From IMG/VR virus record IMGVR_UViG_3300020375_000001, positions 32,001 through 96,000 of that record: 64,000 bases of DNA; one strand, 5' to 3'. The notes beneath the pieces were generated by a model, which worked only from the letters and a program-made list of their open reading frames with translations, was not told the origin of the DNA and did not search any database. The stretch is from a virus. Lineage: Duplodnaviria > Caudoviricetes. This document shows, piece after piece, positions 59,579 through 64,000 of the stretch (the first letter of the stretch is position 1; each line of letters opens with the position of its first letter). A program made the position numbers and the translations under genes.

Positions 59579-59946
59579 GTTATCTCCAATAATGACTCGC
59601 GTATTTTTATTTTAATGTTTGCCACTTGCACTTCACCAAGTAAAGTTCGCATGTGACGCTCCCGTTTATACAGTTCTTTGTCTACACGTCCTGTCAGTTC
59701 CGTTGGTACAGAATGTAGGTAACGGTATAGACTATCAGGGATGGGTGCACGTGAATTGTGTTGTGGTAAGTGTGCAGCAAACATCAGCGAGAATTCTCTT
59801 AGACGTTGGTGGATGATAAGCTCTACAATATTATCCTGTAAATGTTGATACTCTGGGTACTCCGTTAGTATCTCTTTTACATAGGTAGTGACTGCTCTTA
59901 TTTCCCATCCGGCATCTAAGATAACAAGACGTTGTCTCTTACTCAT
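59572..59946 (-). CDS. First gene of the small-protein array operon
   Basis: 124 aa, GGGAGAGG RBS. Confidence 0.65.
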   Translation of the reverse strand: MSKRQRLVILDAGWEIRAVTTYVKEILTEYPEYQHLQDNIVELIIHQRLREFSLMFAAHLPQHNSRAPIPDSLYRYLHSVPTELTGRVDKELYKRERHMRTLLGEVQVANIKIKIRESLLEITC

Positions 59947-60124
59947 TTTGCCTCTCCCGTTTATATAGAGGATATAGATTCCTCCCCCTATACTAAAAGC
60001 ATTCTATGTAAATTTTATACGGCCTGTATACCGCTGTAATCAATTAGGATATACTGGGGATACGGTAGTACTATTTAATGTTTAATCTACCCTCTACGTG
60101 CTTCTCTGGAAAGATTTAAAGGGG

Positions 60125-60376
60125 CTAGTCCGTTGTGTGGACGTATACCTTATCGTCAGGGGTAAACACCGGTAACGTTGCTGTAAACGTAGTAGCTACT
60201 TGGAGTGTCCCATATACTTTATTCAGATGGGCAATTATCCCTTCGGGCATGTCCCCGCTTCCCAACACAATGTAGATGTGTTCTGGGTCGCAGAGCTTTC
60301 TGGTTTGTAAGAAGTCTCCCTTCTCAGATTTCCCCACCACCTCGATATCGTCAGATACAACTATAATAAGTTTCAT
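60125..60376 (-). CDS. Small early protein
   Basis: 83 aa, AGGAAAGG RBS, early promoter at 60408-60419. Confidence 0.6.
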   Translation of the reverse strand: MKLIIVVSDDIEVVGKSEKGDFLQTRKLCDPEHIYIVLGSGDMPEGIIAHLNKVYGTLQVATTFTATLPVFTPDDKVYVHTTD

Positions 60377-60437
60377 TACCTTTCCTTTTATTTGTTTACT
60401 TCACCAAGATAATATATCTTTATAAAAAAATAGGTAA

Positions 60438-60943
60438 GACGGCATAAGCGACGGCATCGGCCGTCACATACTTAGATGTTCTAGTCAATGTTCTAATGGA
60501 TATTGACCACGGGGGAATTATCGCTTATGCACTTTCTTATCACCCTACTAGAGGTAATGCTTACAAATCCATTGGGGCGTAATGTAAGACATCTCTCGTT
60601 CGAAGCAGTTAGTCCTTGTGGACCACTATAACCAATTCCCATTTAAGGGAGCTTTGTGTTTGCCAGATTGTAATTTTTTAAAAACCGTTAGAACTGGTCC
60701 GAGGCGGGCGCTCCTAATTAAAGGAACCCCCGACTCTTTCCAGCCTGGTTCAACCCCGGCAGGGTACCGCTAGCTTACATGGGCACTTTCGTCGTTGGTG
60801 AAGTGTGCCTCTGCCGTCAGCGCACGGCTCAGAGTCATGGTGTAAGGCGAAATTGAAAAACTCCCACACCAGAGAATCAGCTGCGTCCCCGCCGGGGTAA
60901 CCACAGCAACGCCGACGAGAACCTTAAAAGTACACCCGTCTAC
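60438..60943 (-). ncRNA. Unidentified structured non-coding RNA candidate (~500 nt)
   Basis: No ORF; about ten consecutive stems; G-U pairs form only on the minus strand; promoter-like AAAAATAC/TATG at the 5' end and a terminal hairpin at the 3' end. Confidence 0.55.
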
Positions 60944-60970
60944 ATACTATAGGTATTTTTAACTTAACTT

Positions 60971-61960
60971 TTATAAAATCAAGTCAGTGTCTGCATCGAT
61001 TTGGTCGGTGCCCGACAATACTCTACGTGTATTAACGTTGCGCGATTCAGTAGCACGACTGTAATTGTCTACTTCTTCTTGGCGGTATTTGATTAAATCA
61101 GCAATACCATCTACCGAGATGATGTAGTGTAGTTCAGTCAGCCCATCTTCCAGACCATCCAAACGATAACCAATACAAGAGTATTCAGGCATCAGTTCAG
61201 GAGCCGGTGCATCTTTATCAACCAGTAGCGTCGCCACTGAGATAGGTGCGTCGATTTGCTTTGCTACTTCCACCGAATCACAAATCTCAAGTACTGACAG
61301 TTGAGCCGGTACTGAAGTTGAGTGATTATAGAAAGCCCAGTTACGGACATCACGTTGGTCAAGCTCATCGTTCTGCTGTGAACACAGAGCAGCCATGGCT
61401 TGGATTGTTGCATTACAAGTTGCGTCTACCTGACTACGTCGAGTAGTTGCACTGTTGTGGTGGTAACTGATGATAGTTGGTTTATCCAACGAGTCACCAA
61501 TAGCCGCCAGAGACTTCAGGGTGTTCAGACTGTTTAGTGCAGTGATAGATGACTCAGAAGAACCTACTGCAATAGCGATGGCAGGAATACCACGCTTCAA
61601 CAGTTCTTTAACCAGAAGAGGCCCTACTACAGAACCCGTACCGCCAGAGGTAGAGAAGACAACAATGTTGAAACCAGCAGGTGGTTGTTTCTGCAATGCC
61701 GCACGAATGTTTTCGTTAATTACCGCAGCGTTGTCACGGCGAACTTTACCCGAACCCTCACCTTCATCTGTAGCTAAGAAGAACGGAACGTCATTCTCTT
61801 TGTGCTCAGCGGTATAGTTAGACGTTGAGGAGTCAATCAGACCCACTTCAATGTCGGAGTAACCGCGACCAGATGATTTGTTGGCGAATGGGGATACGAT
61901 GTTGATACCGCAGCCACCACAACCGTAAAGACGGATAGTGCTTTTGTTAGAATCACTCAT
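60971..61960 (-). CDS. phuZ: PhuZ tubulin/FtsZ-family spindle GTPase
   Basis: GCGGCGINI, GEGSGK, SGGTGSVVGP signature; short acidic C-terminal tail ending LIL. Confidence 0.92.
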   Translation of the reverse strand: MSDSNKSTIRLYGCGGCGINIVSPFANKSSGRGYSDIEVGLIDSSTSNYTAEHKENDVPFFLATDEGEGSGKVRRDNAAVINENIRAALQKQPPAGFNIVVFSTSGGTGSVVGPLLVKELLKRGIPAIAIAVGSSESSITALNSLNTLKSLAAIGDSLDKPTIISYHHNSATTRRSQVDATCNATIQAMAALCSQQNDELDQRDVRNWAFYNHSTSVPAQLSVLEICDSVEVAKQIDAPISVATLLVDKDAPAPELMPEYSCIGYRLDGLEDGLTELHYIISVDGIADLIKYRQEEVDNYSRATESRNVNTRRVLSGTDQIDADTDLIL

Positions 61961-61977
61961 AGTTGATTTCCTTCAGT

Positions 61978-62676
61978 TTACGTGTATTGGGAATAATCAA
62001 TGTTAACGTAGTTACCCTTTTTATCTACAGGATAGCGCATAACCGTGTTAACGTGAATTTGGTGACTGGCTCGTTTCTTGGCAGCTTCAATTTGCTGATA
62101 CCACCAATCACGAGGTCGTACAGTTACGTGGGCATTTCGACCATCAGGTAAGAATGTTACCGCCGGACCAAGATGAATTGTAACATGCAGTACCTTAGTT
62201 GTTAGATTAAACAGTTCATCTAAGAACCAAGGAATGTCTTGTGCTGGAATATGTTCTAACACATCCGTGCACACCACCATCTCCCCAGGGAAGGTAGGAT
62301 ACTCAGAGAGCTCCTCGATTCCAGGGTCGTACATTACAACGTAAGGACGGCCAAGGTAATCATAAACAGAGTCATGAACCGGACTCATTTTATTACCTTT
62401 GTCGTCTTTCTGCACAATCGTTTTGTCGATATATGGCTTTACGAAGAACGCATCGGGGTTACCACAACCAAAGTTAATAAGAGAACGGCAATCGTTCTTA
62501 TCCATTAACCGTTTAATAACAGGAGCTTCTTTACCATACTCCCCGTTAGCAAACATCTCTTTTGGAGCGCGTTTGGTTCCGTTGGCTAAAGACCCACCTT
62601 CAGTTGAGTAGAGCAGGCGATACTGCTCTGCGAGTGAGAGGTAGTCCTCGCTCGGATTTTGTTTTGTGTATTTCAT
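61978..62676 (-). CDS. Class I SAM-dependent methyltransferase-like protein
   Basis: LINFGCG (motif I), YDPG, VVCTDVLEHIP, NAHVTV. Confidence 0.75.
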   Translation of the reverse strand: MKYTKQNPSEDYLSLAEQYRLLYSTEGGSLANGTKRAPKEMFANGEYGKEAPVIKRLMDKNDCRSLINFGCGNPDAFFVKPYIDKTIVQKDDKGNKMSPVHDSVYDYLGRPYVVMYDPGIEELSEYPTFPGEMVVCTDVLEHIPAQDIPWFLDELFNLTTKVLHVTIHLGPAVTFLPDGRNAHVTVRPRDWWYQQIEAAKKRASHQIHVNTVMRYPVDKKGNYVNIDYSQYT

Positions 62677-62769
62677 TTACCTAAACTCCGCCATGTGGCT
62701 AGACATAAATAACTATAGAAGTGTAAAAATTATATCGTCAAAAGAAAGGGACTAAGTGCCCCTAACTTT

Positions 62770-63477
62770 TTACAATTTACTATAGCTGGTAAACTGCAGT
62801 TCAGGGAATTGCTTCTCTTCACTTGTGTCGGCCAGGTACGTATTTAACGCACGACGGTCATGCATCAACTTAGCAATCTTTCCATCGGTTGTTTTCTTTG
62901 GCAACAGCCTGTCTTCATCATTACTGATAAAGCGTTCTTCTAACAAGACGTCCAATAAGAACTCTTGTACTGCATTTAGATAACGTCGAGCTTTACGTTC
63001 ATCGTCAGAGACCAGTGGCTCAACCTGTAATTCCATCCACGCTACTTTAGAACTGGGTGGGGGATTAACAAGCATGAAACAACGAGTACGGTCACGATAG
63101 AATGCAAAGTCACCAATCTCAGCATCTTCTAAATGCTGTAGGTCGGATACGTCCTCTATAGGCCACTGTGAGACAGAGACAGGGATACCACCAGGGGTTA
63201 CACCATCTCCTACCCAGAAGCGTCTGTCATCAGTCGTAAAGAGCGGTTCACCAAGGTCAGGAACAAAGGTAGGACGTGCCTCATTAAGACCAACTCGCAT
63301 CCGTATAGGTATTACTTTAGCGGTCTTTTTCTCAAGGGGAAGCTGATTCAGAGGGGCTGGTAAGCTTTTCTTCTGAGATACATCCCCTTTCTTGTCGCCC
63401 TGTTTGATAGCAGCCCTCGGACTTACATTACGGCGCGACCTTTGTGGTTTGTTGTTTATTTCACCAGACATTTTCAA
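62770..63477 (-). CDS. Protein with Mtd-N/hyaluronidase-N-like module (probable virion or fibre-associated)
   Basis: GEPLFTTDDRRFWVGDGVTPGG motif. Confidence 0.55.
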   Translation of the reverse strand: MKMSGEINNKPQRSRRNVSPRAAIKQGDKKGDVSQKKSLPAPLNQLPLEKKTAKVIPIRMRVGLNEARPTFVPDLGEPLFTTDDRRFWVGDGVTPGGIPVSVSQWPIEDVSDLQHLEDAEIGDFAFYRDRTRCFMLVNPPPSSKVAWMELQVEPLVSDDERKARRYLNAVQEFLLDVLLEERFISNDEDRLLPKKTTDGKIAKLMHDRRALNTYLADTSEEKQFPELQFTSYSKL

Positions 63478-63503
63478 CTTCCTCTAATTAATTTGGAGTT
63501 AAC

Positions 63504-64000
63504 ATGGGTGCTATAGAAAAAGCAATTAGCGAGGTCCGTTTTGCTATTCCTTACGAAATACTAAACGAGACTTTTAAGATAGACACCGGTTATAGTGCCA
63601 CTCGCACTGCTGGTATTAAAACTTCTCTGGAGTCACGCATCCGAGAAGAAATCCTCGATAAGAAAGTCCTTGAGGATTGTAACCTCATGGGTGGCCATGA
63701 AGTTATTGTTCCTTTAGCGGGGCTTTCCTTACGGTACGCTCAGGACAGAACCTTTGTGGTTACAATTCCTAAGAGTCGTACTGAAGGACTCAGCATTACT
63801 TCCGTACTTAGTGTTGCCCAAGCACCTGATGGTTGGATGGGTAGCGTGTACACTAATGCAAACGCAATGAATAGCTTCTCCAATCGAATGGATGCTATCA
63901 TGCAAGGAAGTATTGGTGGCGGTAACATGGCTCGTATAGAGGCCCGAGTAAGACTCATCGGTGATAACGTGGTATACGTTAAAATGATTGATGAGACTAT
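63504..64000 (+). CDS. 5' part of a probable virion structural protein (runs off the window)
   Basis: MGAIEKAISEVRFAIPYEIL...; GGAG RBS; no stop seen before the window end. Confidence 0.6.
   Translation, partial: MGAIEKAISEVRFAIPYEILNETFKIDTGYSATRTAGIKTSLESRIREEILDKKVLEDCNLMGGHEVIVPLAGLSLRYAQDRTFVVTIPKSRTEGLSITSVLSVAQAPDGWMGSVYTNANAMNSFSNRMDAIMQGSIGGGNMARIEARVRLIGDNVVYVKMIDET

Noticed and set aside
60695-60770. tRNA-like T-loop GGTTCAACCCC on the plus strand
   Set aside because: No matching acceptor stem, D-arm or anticodon arm could be built, and G-U bias indicates the structured strand is minus
60813-60832. GAGCCGTG, similar to the start of group II intron domain V
   Set aside because: The stem is too short for domain V, with no domain VI or interrupted gene
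60640-60885. tmRNA resemblance on the minus strand (CCCTGCCGGGGTTGAA; GCTGATTCT; A-rich run before GCA AAC giving ANTKLP*)
   Set aside because: Patches are short, out of the expected order and recalled from memory; there is no tRNA-like 5'/3' ends or ...LAA tag. It needs ARAGORN/Infernal to be taken further
158-63958. Many short antisense or alternate-frame ORFs in the ORF track (e.g. 7419-7922+, 23133-23696+, 50710-51195+)
   Set aside because: They lie within long motif-bearing genes, lack RBS or promoters, and look like shadow ORFs
1-64000. CRISPR array, rRNA, transposase/IS, stop-codon reassignment
   Set aside because: No spaced direct repeats, rRNA signatures or transposase motifs were seen; long ORFs close normally under the standard code

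Overview
This window is a 64-kb segment of a nucleus-forming jumbo phage genome (phiKZ-like, Chimalliviridae); the host cannot be determined from the sequence. Left to right it holds: a head/baseplate structural block (1-9635); the exonuclease/motif-A half of a split family-B DNA polymerase; an accessory insertion with an SLT-LysM enzyme; a probable tail-assembly chaperone pair; one virion RNAP beta'-like subunit; an SF2 helicase with a class-3 LAGLIDADG intein; non-virion RNAP subunits (beta C-half, beta' N- and C-halves, sigma-like factor); probable PicA and ChmC homologs; an SbcD-like nuclease; chimallin; the second DNA polymerase half; an array of small acidic paralogs; PhuZ tubulin; and a methyltransferase. 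The most interesting items not explained by the ORF track are: (1) a U UUU UUU -1 frameshift site joining the 484-aa and 128-aa ORFs (16214-16220); (2) a ~500-nt structured minus-strand non-coding RNA candidate behind phuZ (60438-60943); (3) a recurrent hairpin + TTATGYCG cassette; (4) the tandem paralog array at 56697-59946; (5) an M48-like zinc protease among the head proteins. phiKZ gene-number equivalences come from motifs and recalled gene order, not from a database search.
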